A stretch of DNA of 64,000 nt from Myxococcota bacterium (GCA_965223705.1 OZ245015.1:4448001-4512000), one strand, 5' to 3'; numbered from the stretch's first letter, positions 20,039 to 31,056 are shown. Notes: generated by a model from the letters alone, not told the origin. Numbers and translations: made by a program.

Positions 20039-20452
20039 ATGGCGGGCCGCTACGAGCCGCTGCTGGTCGTCGGCAAGTACGCGCTCTTCCAGATCCCGGG
20101 AATCGCTTTTGCGGTGGCCGTCGCCTGGTGGGCGCATCGTTCGTGGGGCCTTCCAGCTCACTGGGCCATCGCCGGCGTCGCGGGGTGGATCCTGAAAGAC
20201 GCGGCGCTCTTTCCGTTCGTGCGCCACGCGTATGCGATTTCCGGCGGAAAAGCAGCGACACCGGAAATCGGCTCTCTCGTCGTCGCGAACGAGCGCATTG
20301 ACCCGTGCGGTTACGTACGAGTCGGCGCGGAGTTGTGGCGCGCCGAGCTACAGCCCGGCGCCGCGCCGCTCGCCGAAGGCGATTCCGGGCGGATCTGCGG
20401 AGTTCGCGGCCTCACGCTCTTGGTGGAGCCCGAAGCCGGGACCTCGTCCTAG
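20039..20452 (+). CDS. NfeD-like membrane protein
   Basis: Two TM segments followed by OB-fold-like GYVRVGAELWRA..GLTLLVEP. Confidence 0.75.
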   Translation: MAGRYEPLLVVGKYALFQIPGIAFAVAVAWWAHRSWGLPAHWAIAGVAGWILKDAALFPFVRHAYAISGGKAATPEIGSLVVANERIDPCGYVRVGAELWRAELQPGAAPLAEGDSGRICGVRGLTLLVEPEAGTSS

Positions 20453-20712
20453 TGCCCGAGCACGATGCGCGAGATCTCGGTCAGGTGCGAGACGCGCTCT
20501 TCGCGTTGCTCCGTGAGCTCGTCGGGCACAGCGAAATCGAACGCGCCTTCGGTGGCCAACCGCTCGACACCTTGCGCCGCCGCAGTCACGTTTTCGAGAG
20601 CCAGCGCTTCGAGCTCAGCGAGCGCCCCCGCGAGCTCCAGGTCGGCAACGTTCCGCGCGACGAAGTCCTTCAAGAGACCGGCCGAGCGGCGGAACTCCCC
20701 CCGGACCGACAT
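20449..20712 (-). CDS. Hypothetical helical protein, 87 aa
   Basis: ATG 3 nt after the nitroreductase stop; fills the gap exactly. Confidence 0.6.
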   Translation of the reverse strand: MSVRGEFRRSAGLLKDFVARNVADLELAGALAELEALALENVTAAAQGVERLATEGAFDFAVPDELTEQREERVSHLTEISRIVLGH

Positions 20713-20715
20713 GAT

Positions 20716-21360
20716 CTACCACTGGTCCCAGTGGGTCACGGCACTCGCCGGAACGCGCGGAGCGGGCTTGAAATCGTCGCCCGTGAAGTAGGCGAGCGGC
20801 AACAGCGCCGCCTGCGTAATGCCCGGCGGGATACCCAAGATCTCGGCGGTTTCGGCTTCTTTGACGAGGTGCAAGGTCGTCCAGGCGCTGCCGATCCCGC
20901 GGGCGCGTGCCGCCAGCATGAAGGACCAGACCGCGGGAAGGATCGAGCCGTAGGTCGAAGCTTGGCGCGCCACGGGTTCCCGTTCGACGCGCGCTTCGAA
21001 GCACGGAATAAAGTAAACCGGAGCTTCGTGAAAATGCTCGGCGAGATAGGACGCGGAATCCATCACGCGGGGTAGCGCGGCCGCGCGCGGATCGTCCCGG
21101 TCGTAGGACGCGCGCGGTTGTTGGATGTAGCCGGCGAACACTTCGCGATAGAGCTCGGCGATCTTTCGGCGCTTTTCAGCATCTTCGACGAACACGAACT
21201 GCCATTCCTGGCGATTTCCGCCACTCGGCGCCTGCAGCGCGATATCGAGACACGTCTCGAGGACATCGCGCGGAATCGGCCGCGAAAAATCCAGGCGTTT
21301 TCTGACCGAGCGCGTCGTTCGCAGAATGTGGTCGACGGATCCGAGATCGAAACTCGCCAT
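20716..21360 (-). CDS. Nitroreductase family protein
   Basis: TTRSVRKRLD, QAPSGGNRQEW, LAARARGIGSAWTT; start MASFD. Confidence 0.92.
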   Translation of the reverse strand: MASFDLGSVDHILRTTRSVRKRLDFSRPIPRDVLETCLDIALQAPSGGNRQEWQFVFVEDAEKRRKIAELYREVFAGYIQQPRASYDRDDPRAAALPRVMDSASYLAEHFHEAPVYFIPCFEARVEREPVARQASTYGSILPAVWSFMLAARARGIGSAWTTLHLVKEAETAEILGIPPGITQAALLPLAYFTGDDFKPAPRVPASAVTHWDQW

Positions 21361-21362
21361 GA

Positions 21363-22427
21363 CTAAAGCTCCGACGGGCTGAAGCCGTAGGCTTCCGCCA
21401 TATCGCGATCGCGGCTCGCAATCACTCGCGCAAGACCGACCATCACGCGACACTGCTTCACCGTGGCGTCGTCTTGCATCTTGCCGTCGAGCATCACCGC
21501 CCCGGTTCCGTCGCCCATCGCTTCGAGAACGCGCTTGGCCCAGGCGACTTCGTCGGGCGGCGGACTGAACACGTTGCGCGCGATGTCGATCTGCACGGGG
21601 TGAAGCGACCAAGCTCCGACGCAGCCCAAGATGAACGCGTTGCGGAACTGATCCTCGCACGCCTGGGTGTCGGCGATATCGCCGAAGGGACCGTAGAACG
21701 GAAGGGCACCGGTGGCGGTACACGCGTCGACCATGCGCGCCATCGTGTAGTGCCACAAGTCCTGCTGCATCGCGGGGCGCTCCGCCTCTTCATTGTCGGG
21801 GTCCGGATCTTTCCGCACGACGTAGCCGGGGTGACCGCCCCCGACGCGCGTTGTCTTCATGCGGCGGGACGCAGCGAGATCTGCGGGTCCAAGACTCATC
21901 CCCTGCATGCGCGGGCTCGCCGCCGCGATCTCCTCCACGTTGGCCACGCCGAGGGCCGTCTCGAGAATCGCGTGGATGAGTATGGGTCGACTGAGACCGG
22001 CGCGGGCTTCGAGCTGTGCGAGTAACTGATCGACAAAGTGGATGTTCCACGGCCCTTCGACCTTCGGGATCATCAAAACTTCCACCTTGTCCCCGATCTC
22101 GCCGACGATCCGCGTCATGTCGTCGAGAAACCACGGGCTGTCGAGGCTGTTTACGCGACTCCACAACTGGGTATCTCCGAAATCGTTCTCCGACGCGATC
22201 TTGATCAGCCCCTCGCGCGCGGCGACTTTGTTGTCGGCCTGGACGGCGTCCTCGAGGTTCCCCAACAGGATGTCGACCTTCGCCGCAATGCCCGAGATCT
22301 TCGCCGCCATCCGCTCGTTGCTCGGATCGAAGAAATGGATCATCCGCGAGGGTTTGAGCGGAATCTCGCTGACCGGCGGCGGCGCACCGATCGCCAGGGG
22401 CTTCAGAAAATCGCGGGGGCTACGCAT
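21363..22427 (-). CDS. mcl: CitE-superfamily CoA-ester lyase, malyl-CoA/beta-methylmalyl-CoA lyase type
   Basis: KPLAIGAP N-terminus, [44 protein letters not shown]. Confidence 0.8.
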   Translation of the reverse strand: MRSPRDFLKPLAIGAPPPVSEIPLKPSRMIHFFDPSNERMAAKISGIAAKVDILLGNLEDAVQADNKVAAREGLIKIASENDFGDTQLWSRVNSLDSPWFLDDMTRIVGEIGDKVEVLMIPKVEGPWNIHFVDQLLAQLEARAGLSRPILIHAILETALGVANVEEIAAASPRMQGMSLGPADLAASRRMKTTRVGGGHPGYVVRKDPDPDNEEAERPAMQQDLWHYTMARMVDACTATGALPFYGPFGDIADTQACEDQFRNAFILGCVGAWSLHPVQIDIARNVFSPPPDEVAWAKRVLEAMGDGTGAVMLDGKMQDDATVKQCRVMVGLARVIASRDRDMAEAYGFSPSEL

Positions 22428-22486
22428 GGGGGCTCCTCAAGAATCGCATCGCGCTGTTTTTTGAGTGGAGGCGGGAGCTTAGCGCG

Positions 22487-23884
22487 CTAGAAGGCCGCGT
22501 AACCGGGCACCCGCGGAAAAGGGATCACGTCGCGAATGTTCGTCATACCCGTCAAGAGCTGAACCAGGCGCTCGAAGCCCAACCCGAAGCCGGCGTGCGG
22601 CACGGAGCCGTGGCGCCGGAGATCCAGATACCATTCGTAGTTCTCGAGCGGGAGGCCGTGACCTTCGATCCGGCGAACGAGGACGTCGTGACGGTGCTCC
22701 CGCTGCGACCCCCCGATGATCTCGCCGATGCGCGGAACCAAGACATCCATCGCGCGAACGGTTCGGTCATCGTCGTTCGCGTACATATAGAAGGCCTTGA
22801 TGCCTTTCGGGTAGTCCGTCACCACGACCGGTCCGCCGACGTGCTCCTCGCTCAAATACCGCTCGTGCTCGCTCTGCAGATCGATCCCCCACGAAACGGG
22901 GAATTCGAAGGGCGCGCCGCAGGACTCGAGAACCTCGATCGCTTCGGTGTACGTGAGGTGCGTAAAGGGAGTGTCGGCGATGTTGCGAAGGGTTTCGAGC
23001 ACCGTCTGGTCGATTCTCTGATTGAAAAACTCGAGGTCTTCGGCGCACGTCTCGAGAACGGACGCCACGACTTCGCGTAGAAAAGCTTCCGCGACTTCTG
23101 CGTCGCGCGCGAGATCGCAAAACGCCATCTCGGGCTCGACCATCCAAAACTCCGCGAGGTGGCGGCTCGTATTCGAGTTCTCCGCGCGAAACGTCGGTCC
23201 GAAGGTGTACACGTCCTGAAGCGCCAATGCGCCGATCTCCGCTTCGAGCTGCCCGGACACGGTGAGGTGCGCTTCTTCTCCGAAGAAGTCTTGCGCCCAA
23301 TCAATTTTCCCGTCGCTCCGCGGCGGGTTCTCGGCGTCGAGAGACGACACGCGAAACATCTCTCCCGCACCCTCGGCGTCGGACAGCGTGATGATCGGCG
23401 AATGGAGGTACAGAAACCCCCGTCGCTGAAAGAAGTCGTGGATCGCTCGGGACGCCGCGTTTCGCACGCGCCACACGGCACCGATGGTGTTCGTTCGCGG
23501 ACGCAGGTGTGCCACCGTGCGCAAAAACTCGAAGCTGTGGCGTTTCTTCTGGAGCGGATAATCGTCGCCGACGGTTCCGACGACATCGACGCGCGTGGCT
23601 TGCACTTCATACCGTTGGCCCTTGCCCGGTGAATCGACGAGTTCGCCCCACACCTCGACCGCGCATCCTGTGCGCAGGGCCTTGACCTCGCTCTCGTAGT
23701 TCGCCGCGTCGGGGGAGGCGACCACCTGAATTCCCGACATGCACGAACCGTCGGTCAAATCGAGGAACGAGACGCCCTTCGCGTGTCGCGCGCTGCGAAG
23801 CCAACCGCGCACGCGGACGGTGCCCCCCGCCCGATCCCGCTCGAGCACGCTCGCGATACGCGAAGCAGCGATCTTTTCTGCCAT
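22487..23884 (-). CDS. asnS: Asparagine--tRNA ligase
   Basis: [51 protein letters not shown]. Confidence 0.97.
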   Translation of the reverse strand: MAEKIAASRIASVLERDRAGGTVRVRGWLRSARHAKGVSFLDLTDGSCMSGIQVVASPDAANYESEVKALRTGCAVEVWGELVDSPGKGQRYEVQATRVDVVGTVGDDYPLQKKRHSFEFLRTVAHLRPRTNTIGAVWRVRNAASRAIHDFFQRRGFLYLHSPIITLSDAEGAGEMFRVSSLDAENPPRSDGKIDWAQDFFGEEAHLTVSGQLEAEIGALALQDVYTFGPTFRAENSNTSRHLAEFWMVEPEMAFCDLARDAEVAEAFLREVVASVLETCAEDLEFFNQRIDQTVLETLRNIADTPFTHLTYTEAIEVLESCGAPFEFPVSWGIDLQSEHERYLSEEHVGGPVVVTDYPKGIKAFYMYANDDDRTVRAMDVLVPRIGEIIGGSQREHRHDVLVRRIEGHGLPLENYEWYLDLRRHGSVPHAGFGLGFERLVQLLTGMTNIRDVIPFPRVPGYAAF

Positions 23885-23935
23885 CGGCCCCCCTGCCTCA
23901 CGAAGTATAACGACCGGTTGCTACCTTAAACGGCT

Positions 23936-24799
23936 ATGCCGTGGTCGCTTCGTTCAGTGCGTTCGTCCGTCGTGTGGCTCGCGACCGGCGCGCTGCTGTT
24001 CGCCATCGCAGGCCACACAGAAGAGCGACGCATCGAGTTGTACGAACCGCGAGCGCGAGTCGCCGACGAACTCCTCCCGCTCGCGCGCGCGGTCCTCGGA
24101 GGGGAAGGAGAAGCGGTCGTCGACTCCGGGACCGGCCAGCTCCTGCTGATCGGTCCGCCGGCGCGTGTCGGCGAAGCGCTCGCGATCCTCGAGCAGCAGG
24201 ATCGCCGACTCGCGCAGTACGAAGTCCACTACGAGTCGCGCACGGAGGCCGAGCTCGAATCGGCCGGGGCGAGCGTGGTTTGGCGAGCCGGCGGGCGCGG
24301 CCCGCGGATCGGTGTCCTCGGAAACGGCGTTCGAGTGCGCGGGGGGCGGCTGCGCGCGTCGGGCGGAATCCGCGCCGCCGATCGGGGCGAAAGCTTCTCG
24401 GGCATGCTTCGAATCGAAGAGGGCCGCACTGGAGAGATCGCGACGGGCAGCGCCTTTCCGGTCGATCTCTTCGGCACCGGGGCTTTCGGTTACCCGCGCG
24501 TCGAGACCGTTTACGTCGAAACCCAGCGGGGTTTCTCTGTCACGGCGCGTGGTGTCGGAGAAGGACGTGTCGAAGTGTCCCTCGCGCCCATCGACGAACG
24601 GCCGCTGGGAAACGGCGCCGTCGAGCGCACGGCGGCAGCGACGCAGGTCACCGTGATGCCGGGCGAGACGGTCGTATTCGCTCGCGCTGCGACCGACTCC
24701 GAGCACCGCGGGAGTCGAATCGGCACGGCGACGCGTTACCGCGCGGGCCGCGACCTCGACGAGCGGGTGCTGCTGTTGCGCGTCGAGCGGGTCGACTAG
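23936..24799 (+). CDS. Exported protein with secretin-N (NolW-like) domain and short secretin-like C-terminal part
   Basis: Signal peptide; ADELLPLA..VVDSGTGQLLLIG..ALAILEQQD; beta-rich C-terminus. Confidence 0.6.
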   Translation: MPWSLRSVRSSVVWLATGALLFAIAGHTEERRIELYEPRARVADELLPLARAVLGGEGEAVVDSGTGQLLLIGPPARVGEALAILEQQDRRLAQYEVHYESRTEAELESAGASVVWRAGGRGPRIGVLGNGVRVRGGRLRASGGIRAADRGESFSGMLRIEEGRTGEIATGSAFPVDLFGTGAFGYPRVETVYVETQRGFSVTARGVGEGRVEVSLAPIDERPLGNGAVERTAAATQVTVMPGETVVFARAATDSEHRGSRIGTATRYRAGRDLDERVLLLRVERVD

Positions 24800-25713
24800 G
24801 CGTTCGCGTGGATATCCATGACTTCGTGAAGGAGCTCGATGGCTTCGCCCTTCGGCCGCTGGAACGAGTTGCGTCCCATGATCGAGCCGAAACCGCCGCC
24901 CTCGGCAATCCCGCGGATCTCTTCGAGGATCGCGTCACGCCCCTTCGCAGGGCCGCCCGAGAAAATGACGATACGCCGTCCGTTGAATGCACTCTGCACG
25001 ACGTGGCGGACCCGGTCGGCCAACGTGTCGATCGGAATCCCCTCCGCCTCGTAGACCTTGCGGGCGGCGTCCTGCTCGATGTTCGCCTCAGGCGGTTTCA
25101 CTTTGATGACGTGTGCGCCGAGCTGTGCCGCGATTTGCGCGGCATAGGCGACGACATCGACTGCGGTCTCCCCTTCCTTCGAGATTCCCGAACCTCGAGG
25201 GTATGACCAGACCACAACCGCCAAGCCCTTTCGCTTCGCTTCTTCCGTCAGCTCCCGAAGCTGCCCGTACATGTCGTTGCGCTGGGCGGAGGCGGGGTAG
25301 ATCGTGAAGCCGATTGCCGCGCAACCCAGGCGGAGTGCTTCGTCGACGCTGCCGGTCAACGCCGAGCACGGATCGCTCCCGCCGAAGAGCGAGTCGGAGT
25401 TGTTGAGCTTGAGGATCAGCGGGACGTCACCCGCGAACTCCGCGGCCGCGGCCTCCAGGAAGCCGAGGGGTGCGGCGTAGGCATTGCAGCCCGCCTCGAC
25501 CGCGAGCTCGAAGTGATACCGCGGATCGTAGCCCGAGGGATTCTTCGCGAAGCTGCGCGCCGGGCCGTGCTCGAAGCCCTGGTCGACGGGCAGGATGACG
25601 AGCTTACCGGTGCCTCCGAGGCGCCCGTGGTTCAGAAGGCGAGCCAGGTTGGTCAGTGTTCCGGGGCTGTCGGAGCTGTACCAGCTGAGGATTTCTTTGA
25701 CGCGTTTGGTCAT
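24796..25713 (-). CDS. fbaB: Class I fructose-bisphosphate aldolase (DhnA/FbaB type)
   Basis: ILPVDQGFEHGP, WSYPRG, IKVK, FSGG, GRNSFQR; start MTKRVK at 25713. Confidence 0.93.
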   Translation of the reverse strand: MTKRVKEILSWYSSDSPGTLTNLARLLNHGRLGGTGKLVILPVDQGFEHGPARSFAKNPSGYDPRYHFELAVEAGCNAYAAPLGFLEAAAAEFAGDVPLILKLNNSDSLFGGSDPCSALTGSVDEALRLGCAAIGFTIYPASAQRNDMYGQLRELTEEAKRKGLAVVVWSYPRGSGISKEGETAVDVVAYAAQIAAQLGAHVIKVKPPEANIEQDAARKVYEAEGIPIDTLADRVRHVVQSAFNGRRIVIFSGGPAKGRDAILEEIRGIAEGGGFGSIMGRNSFQRPKGEAIELLHEVMDIHANA

Positions 25714-25855
25714 TCTGGAGACTCCCGTGGGGACAAATTGCTCCCACCGCACGTTTCGGCGGGTCGAGCGTATCGCGTGAGGCTTCCACCGGGAAACGCG
25801 GTGGATGGGCTTCGAAAAACGGCTGGGCAGAGCGGCCGTGATCGTCTGCGGCGGC

Positions 25856-25884
25856 ATTATCGGGGCCCCCCCGTAGCCTTGCAA
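25856..25884 (-). promoter_or_regulatory. Sigma70-type promoter for the aldolase gene
   Basis: Minus strand reads TTGCAA (25884-25879), 17-nt spacer, GATAAT (25861-25856). Confidence 0.6.
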
Positions 25885-25984
25885 CCCCGGCCCCTCTGCC
25901 GGGGTCTATGACGCACAACGCCAGAGACCGGCATTCCAAGGGCAGGATCCCTAAGATGCCGGCTCCGAAAACGCGGGGGGTTTC

Positions 25985-26563
25985 GTGAGATCTTTCTACC
26001 AACACGTCGGACTTTTCTTTTCGGCTGTCCTGCTCGTTTCGGCCTCCGCGCCGAGCTTCGCAGACGACCACGAGGAGGCCGCAAAGAAGGGAGCGAATCC
26101 GATGGTGATCATGAAAACGTCGAAGGGCGAAATCCACATTGAACTCGATGCCGAAGCGGCGCCGCTCAGCGTCGAGAACTTCCTGCAGTACGTCGACGAC
26201 GGCTTCTATGACGGCACGGTGTTTCACCGGGTCGTGCCCGGATTCGTGATCCAAGGGGGCGGGTTCGTCGCGGACGGAACCCAAAAGAAGACGCGGCCGC
26301 CGATCAAGAACGAAGCGGAGAACGGTCTGAAGAACGATCGCGGAACCCTGTCGATGGCGCGCACGTCCGTCGTCGATAGCGCGACGTCCCAGTTCTTCGT
26401 CAACCTCGTCGACAACGATTTCCTGAACCACGGCACCCGCGATTTCGGGTACGCGGTGTTCGGTCGCGTCACCGAAGGCATGGACGTCGTCGACGCCATT
26501 GCCGAGTCGCCGCCGTCGAACCCGGGCGAGGGCGTGGTCATCGAGTCCGCCAAGCGCAAGTAG
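25985..26563 (+). CDS. ppiA: Periplasmic cyclophilin-type peptidyl-prolyl isomerase
   Basis: Signal peptide; [33 protein letters not shown]. Confidence 0.93.
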   Translation: MRSFYQHVGLFFSAVLLVSASAPSFADDHEEAAKKGANPMVIMKTSKGEIHIELDAEAAPLSVENFLQYVDDGFYDGTVFHRVVPGFVIQGGGFVADGTQKKTRPPIKNEAENGLKNDRGTLSMARTSVVDSATSQFFVNLVDNDFLNHGTRDFGYAVFGRVTEGMDVVDAIAESPPSNPGEGVVIESAKRK

Positions 26564-26581
26564 GGCTCGCGGGAGCACCGC

Positions 26582-27946
26582 GTGGGCGAAATCCCGGCGG
26601 GCTCCTTCGAAGCGCGCCCCCATCGAACATTCATCGGTCTCGCGGCACCCGTCGCGCTGACGCTCATCGCCGAACCGCTCGTGGGTTTGGTCGATACAGC
26701 CTTCGTCGCGCGGCTCGGAGCGGCGCCTCTCGCCGGGCTGGGCGCGGGAACCGCCCTGCTCTCCGCGGCGCTCTGGATCTTCAACTTCCTCGCGGTCGGC
26801 ACCCAGACCGAAGTGTCCCGCAGCCTGGGTGGCTCCGATCCGAGACGCGCGGGCGCGAAGGCCGGTGCGGCGCTCTGCCTCGCTGCCGGACTCGGTGTGC
26901 TCGCCGCTCTCGTCTTCGCGCCGCTCGCCGCGCCCCTCGCGGACTTCATGGGCACCCGCGGAGAAGCGAACGACGCGACCCGGGTCTATTTGTGGGTGCG
27001 TTTGCTGGGGGCGCCGGCGGTCCTCGTCACCATCGCAGGCTTCGGCACGCTGCGCGGCCTTCAAGACATGCGCAAGCCCCTGGTCATCGCGGTGGGCGTC
27101 AACGCGGTCAATCTGGTCCTCGACCCCTTGCTCATCTTCGGCGCAGGTCCCATTCCCTCGCTCGGAATCGCCGGAGCCGCCTGGGCGAGCGTCATCGCGC
27201 AGTGGTGGGGCGCCGCGTGGGTATGGCGCGCGGTCTCTCGCCGGCTCCCGGTTCCGTTCCGCCCGAGCGGAATCGAAATTCGTTCGCTGCTGCGGGTGGG
27301 ACTCGATGTCGCCCTGCGCACCGGCGCCCTCCTCCTGTTCCTGCTGCTGGCGACCCGGGCTGCGAATCAGCTCGGCCCCGAAGCGGGCAGCGCCCACCAA
27401 GCGGTGAGAAGCATTTGGGTGTTCTCGGCGTTTCTACTCGATGCCTTCGCCCACGCGGCTCAGACCCTGATCGGCTACTTCGATGCACGCGGCGAAGCGC
27501 ACACCACCCGCAAAGTCGCGCGGATCGCGTGCGGATGGGCGATCGCGACCGGGACGTGCCTGGCCGTCTTGTTCGTCATGTTCGAGTCCGGTATCCGTGC
27601 ACTGCTCGTACCGACGGAAGCACACGCCGTGTTCGGGACGGTTTGGACGATCGCGAGCTGGCAGATGCCGGTCAACGCACTCGTCTTCGCGACCGACGGA
27701 ATCCACTGGGGCGCGCGAGATTACGCCTACCTGCGCAACGGCATGTGGATCGCGCTCCTCGCGGGCGTCCTCGGACTCGTCCTCCTCGGACAATTCGCGC
27801 CGAGTCTCGCCTCGGTGTGGTGGGCGACGGCCTTCTGGATCTCGTTGCGCGCAGTGTTTGGAGTCGTTCGTATCTGGCCGGGAATCGGGAGCGCGCCCCT
27901 GCGCTATCCAGCCGCCGTCTCACCGGGAAACCCCCCTCTCGGGTAA
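26582..27946 (+). CDS. MATE (DinF-like) efflux transporter
   Basis: EPLVGLVDTAFV, LRGLQD, LDPLLIFG..GIAGAAWA; about 12 TM segments. Confidence 0.9.
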   Translation: MGEIPAGSFEARPHRTFIGLAAPVALTLIAEPLVGLVDTAFVARLGAAPLAGLGAGTALLSAALWIFNFLAVGTQTEVSRSLGGSDPRRAGAKAGAALCLAAGLGVLAALVFAPLAAPLADFMGTRGEANDATRVYLWVRLLGAPAVLVTIAGFGTLRGLQDMRKPLVIAVGVNAVNLVLDPLLIFGAGPIPSLGIAGAAWASVIAQWWGAAWVWRAVSRRLPVPFRPSGIEIRSLLRVGLDVALRTGALLLFLLLATRAANQLGPEAGSAHQAVRSIWVFSAFLLDAFAHAAQTLIGYFDARGEAHTTRKVARIACGWAIATGTCLAVLFVMFESGIRALLVPTEAHAVFGTVWTIASWQMPVNALVFATDGIHWGARDYAYLRNGMWIALLAGVLGLVLLGQFAPSLASVWWATAFWISLRAVFGVVRIWPGIGSAPLRYPAAVSPGNPPLG

Positions 27947-27955
27947 GGTTTCCGG

Positions 27956-28618
27956 GTGTCCATGCGGTGGATGATCCGAACGGCGTGCGTGGTCCTCGTC
28001 TCGCTGGCAGCCTCCTCGAGCGCCATCGGCGATGCTTTCGACGAGCGAGCGACGCTCGACGTCCTTCAAATCCAGCTCATCGGGCGCGATCTCCACGCGA
28101 TCGACGCGCGCGGCGGAAACCTCATCGAACGTCTCGAGATCGGTGAGAGCATTCGCTGGCAGGGGTCTCGCGGACTGGTCGGCATGGTGTTGACGGACCG
28201 TCGGGTACTCGCCGCCTCGGCCCGTTCCGCTCGGTGGCAGAGCGAGCGTTATCTCCGAACGGAAACACCACCAGCGGATGCATTGCTCGGCGAACGAATC
28301 GCGGTGTGGCTGTCGAGCAAACGCGCACTCGTTCTCGACGGGCAGCAAGGCACCCTTTCGAGTGAAAGCTTGGGCCCGCTCGAACGGATCGTGGCCACGC
28401 GTTTGGGCGCGAACGTGGGCGTGGTCGTCACGAACCGCCGCGCGTTGGGAACCGCGCCCCGTCTGGGAGGGTTCGTTGGGATCCATCTGACACCGAACGA
28501 GGGACCGGCCGAGGTCACGGTAACGGGCAATGTCGCCACGGTCCTCACACGGCGTCGCTTGCTGACCTTTCGCGGCCCGGTGGGTTCTTGGGGGGAGCGC
28601 CGCCGCAAGATCCGCTAG
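27956..28618 (+). CDS. Exported hypothetical protein with ~40-aa internal repeats
   Basis: Signal peptide; recurring units VLTDRRVL / WLSSKRAL / VVTNRRAL / VLTRRRLL. Confidence 0.7.
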   Translation: MSMRWMIRTACVVLVSLAASSSAIGDAFDERATLDVLQIQLIGRDLHAIDARGGNLIERLEIGESIRWQGSRGLVGMVLTDRRVLAASARSARWQSERYLRTETPPADALLGERIAVWLSSKRALVLDGQQGTLSSESLGPLERIVATRLGANVGVVVTNRRALGTAPRLGGFVGIHLTPNEGPAEVTVTGNVATVLTRRRLLTFRGPVGSWGERRRKIR

Positions 28619-28670
28619 CCGGAGGGGAGCGCCGCCGAAAACTCCGCTAGGTTCGTCTCGGGGGGCGCAA

Positions 28671-29984
28671 TTGCGAACAAACCCAACGACGGCCCGAACC
28701 GACTGCTTTGTCGTCCGCGGGGGGCGACCCATCCAGGGCACCCTACAGCCCGCCGGCAACAAGAACGAGGCCCTGCCGGTACTCGCGGCGACGCTGCTCG
28801 CTCCGGGGATCCACCGCTTGGAGAACGTTCCGGCGATCCGCGATGTCGCGACCCAGCTCGCGATTTTGCGCGATCTCGGCGTGGTCGACGCGACTCCGGG
28901 GGGTGATCTCCTCGAACTCGACACGCGATCGCTCGGCGGCGACGCGCTAGCCCACGACCTCGGGCGCGCGATCCGCGGCTCGTTTCTACTCGCTCCGGGG
29001 CTCCTTTCCCGCAACGGTTCCGCCGTTCTGCCCCGCCCCGGTGGCGATCGCATCGGACGCCGGCGCATCGATACGCATATCAGTGTCCTTCGAGAACTCG
29101 GCGCGCAAGTCGAGACCGACGAGCGTCAGTACCGGCTCCGGCTTCCGAACGGCTTCCGCGCCGCGGATATCTTTCTGGACGAAGCCAGTGTGATGGCCAC
29201 AGAGAACGCCGTCATGGCGGCGGCCGTCGCCAAGGGCACGACGCGCATCGCGAACGCGGCATCGGAGCCCCACGTACAGGGACTGTGCCGCCAACTCGCC
29301 GCCATGGGTGCCGACATCGAGGGCATCGGCACCAACATGCTGGTGATCCAAGGCAATCGCGAACTCACACCCGCGGAGCACCGAATCGGCCCCGACCACA
29401 TCGAAATCGGTTCCTTCGTCGCGATCGCCGCCATGACCGGCGGCGAGCTACGTATCCGGGACGTCGCCCCGAACGACCTCCGGATGATTCAGATGGTGTT
29501 CGCGCGCCTCGGGGCGACCATCGAGATCGAAGGCGATGAACTCTTCGTTCCCGGGAAGCAAGAACTCGTGATTCGCGACGATCTCGACGGAGCGATTCCG
29601 AAGGTCGACGATGCGCCGTGGCCCGGCTTTCCCAGCGATCTGACTTCGATCGCACTCGTCCTTGCGACCCAGTCAAAGGGCACGGTGCTGATCCACGAGA
29701 AGATGTTCGAGAATCGCCTCTTCTTCGTGGACCGCCTGATCTCGATGGGCGCGCGCGTCATTGTCTGTGATCCACACCGCGCCGTCGTCAGCGGCCCGAC
29801 GCGTTTACAGGGCGAGACCCTGAGTTCCCCGGATATTCGCGCCGGGATGGCGCTCGTCGCCGCGGCCCTCTGCGCGGAGGGACAATCCGTCATCATGAAC
29901 GCTTCGCAAGTCGATCGGGGCTACCAGGACATCGATGCGCGGCTGCGCTCCCTCGGGGCGGATATCTCGCGCACCCCTGAGTAA
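28671..29984 (+). CDS. murA: UDP-N-acetylglucosamine 1-carboxyvinyltransferase (Cys-to-Asp variant)
   Basis: [48 protein letters not shown]; exact start uncertain. Confidence 0.95.
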   Translation: MRTNPTTARTDCFVVRGGRPIQGTLQPAGNKNEALPVLAATLLAPGIHRLENVPAIRDVATQLAILRDLGVVDATPGGDLLELDTRSLGGDALAHDLGRAIRGSFLLAPGLLSRNGSAVLPRPGGDRIGRRRIDTHISVLRELGAQVETDERQYRLRLPNGFRAADIFLDEASVMATENAVMAAAVAKGTTRIANAASEPHVQGLCRQLAAMGADIEGIGTNMLVIQGNRELTPAEHRIGPDHIEIGSFVAIAAMTGGELRIRDVAPNDLRMIQMVFARLGATIEIEGDELFVPGKQELVIRDDLDGAIPKVDDAPWPGFPSDLTSIALVLATQSKGTVLIHEKMFENRLFFVDRLISMGARVIVCDPHRAVVSGPTRLQGETLSSPDIRAGMALVAAALCAEGQSVIMNASQVDRGYQDIDARLRSLGADISRTPE

Positions 29985-29993
29985 ACTCGGGCG

Positions 29994-30557
29994 ATGCGTG
30001 AAACCCATCCCGACTTGGTCGAAGCCGACTCCGCGTTTCTTCTCGTCATCGATTATCAAGAGGGCTACCGCAAGGCGCTCCACAATTGGGACGGCACCAT
30101 CGCGCGAGCCCGCATTCTGATCCAAGCCATGGGCGTCTTGGGCATCCCGGTTCTCTACACCGAGCAATACCCGCAAGGCGTCGGACCGACGTGCGACGAG
30201 ATTCTCGACGCGTTGCCGGGGGACGCGAAGCGCTTCGAAAAGCGGACCATGTCCGCGATGGGCGCACCGGGCCTCGCGGACTGGATCGATCATCTGAAGC
30301 TACGCCACGCCATCGTGGCGGGCATCGAGACCCATGCGTGCATCAACCAGACCACGCACGAGCTGCTCGCCGCGGGTTATCGCGTGCACCTGCCGGTCGA
30401 CACCCTGTCGTCGCGGCAACCGTTCGAACACGAGCAAGGCCTCGCGAAGATGCGAGGCGCAGGCGCCCTGATGACAAGCGTCGAACAGTGCCTCCTCGAG
30501 TGCGTGCGGAGCGCCGATCATCCCGAGTTCAAGACCGTTCAACAACTGATCAAGTAG
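29994..30557 (+). CDS. Isochorismatase-family hydrolase
   Basis: [24 protein letters not shown]. Confidence 0.9.
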   Translation: MRETHPDLVEADSAFLLVIDYQEGYRKALHNWDGTIARARILIQAMGVLGIPVLYTEQYPQGVGPTCDEILDALPGDAKRFEKRTMSAMGAPGLADWIDHLKLRHAIVAGIETHACINQTTHELLAAGYRVHLPVDTLSSRQPFEHEQGLAKMRGAGALMTSVEQCLLECVRSADHPEFKTVQQLIK

Positions 30558-30657
30558 CCGTCCGAAAACGCTCGCAACGGGCACCGGTGTCGGGTTAGGC
30601 TGCTCGCCAGCCCGGGCAGGGCTTTGTTGCGTTCATTTTCTCGAGGGAGAACTGTTC

Positions 30658-31056
30658 ATGTCCATGATGTCCGAATTCAAAGACTTCGCGATGCGGGGGA
30701 ATGTCGTCGACATGGCTGTCGGCATTATCATCGGCGGGGCGTTCGGAAAAATCGTCAGCTCGTTCGTGAACGACGTGTTGATGCCGCCGATCGGCTTGTT
30801 GTTGGGGGGCGTTGACTTCTCGAACCTGGCGATGACGCTTCAGGAAGCGGCCGGAGAAGCGGAAGCGGTGACGCTGAACTACGGCATGTTCATCCAGACT
30901 GTGGTCGATTTCCTCATCATCGCGTTTGCGATCTTCATGGTGATCAAAGCCATGAACGCAGCAAAGACCAAGGAAGAGGAAGCCCCGGAGGCTCCGCCCG
31001 AGCCCTCGAAAGAAGAGGTCCTCCTCACGGAAATCCGGGACGCGTTGCGCCGGTAG
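30658..31056 (+). CDS. mscL: Large-conductance mechanosensitive channel
   Basis: [37 protein letters not shown]. Confidence 0.97.
   Translation: MSMMSEFKDFAMRGNVVDMAVGIIIGGAFGKIVSSFVNDVLMPPIGLLLGGVDFSNLAMTLQEAAGEAEAVTLNYGMFIQTVVDFLIIAFAIFMVIKAMNAAKTKEEEAPEAPPEPSKEEVLLTEIRDALRR

Noticed and set aside
8737..22427. 3-hydroxypropionate bicycle inferred from Mcl, MaoC and CoA transferase
   Set aside because: The genes are unlinked, belong to broad families, and the key enzymes (Mcr, Pcs) are absent from the window.
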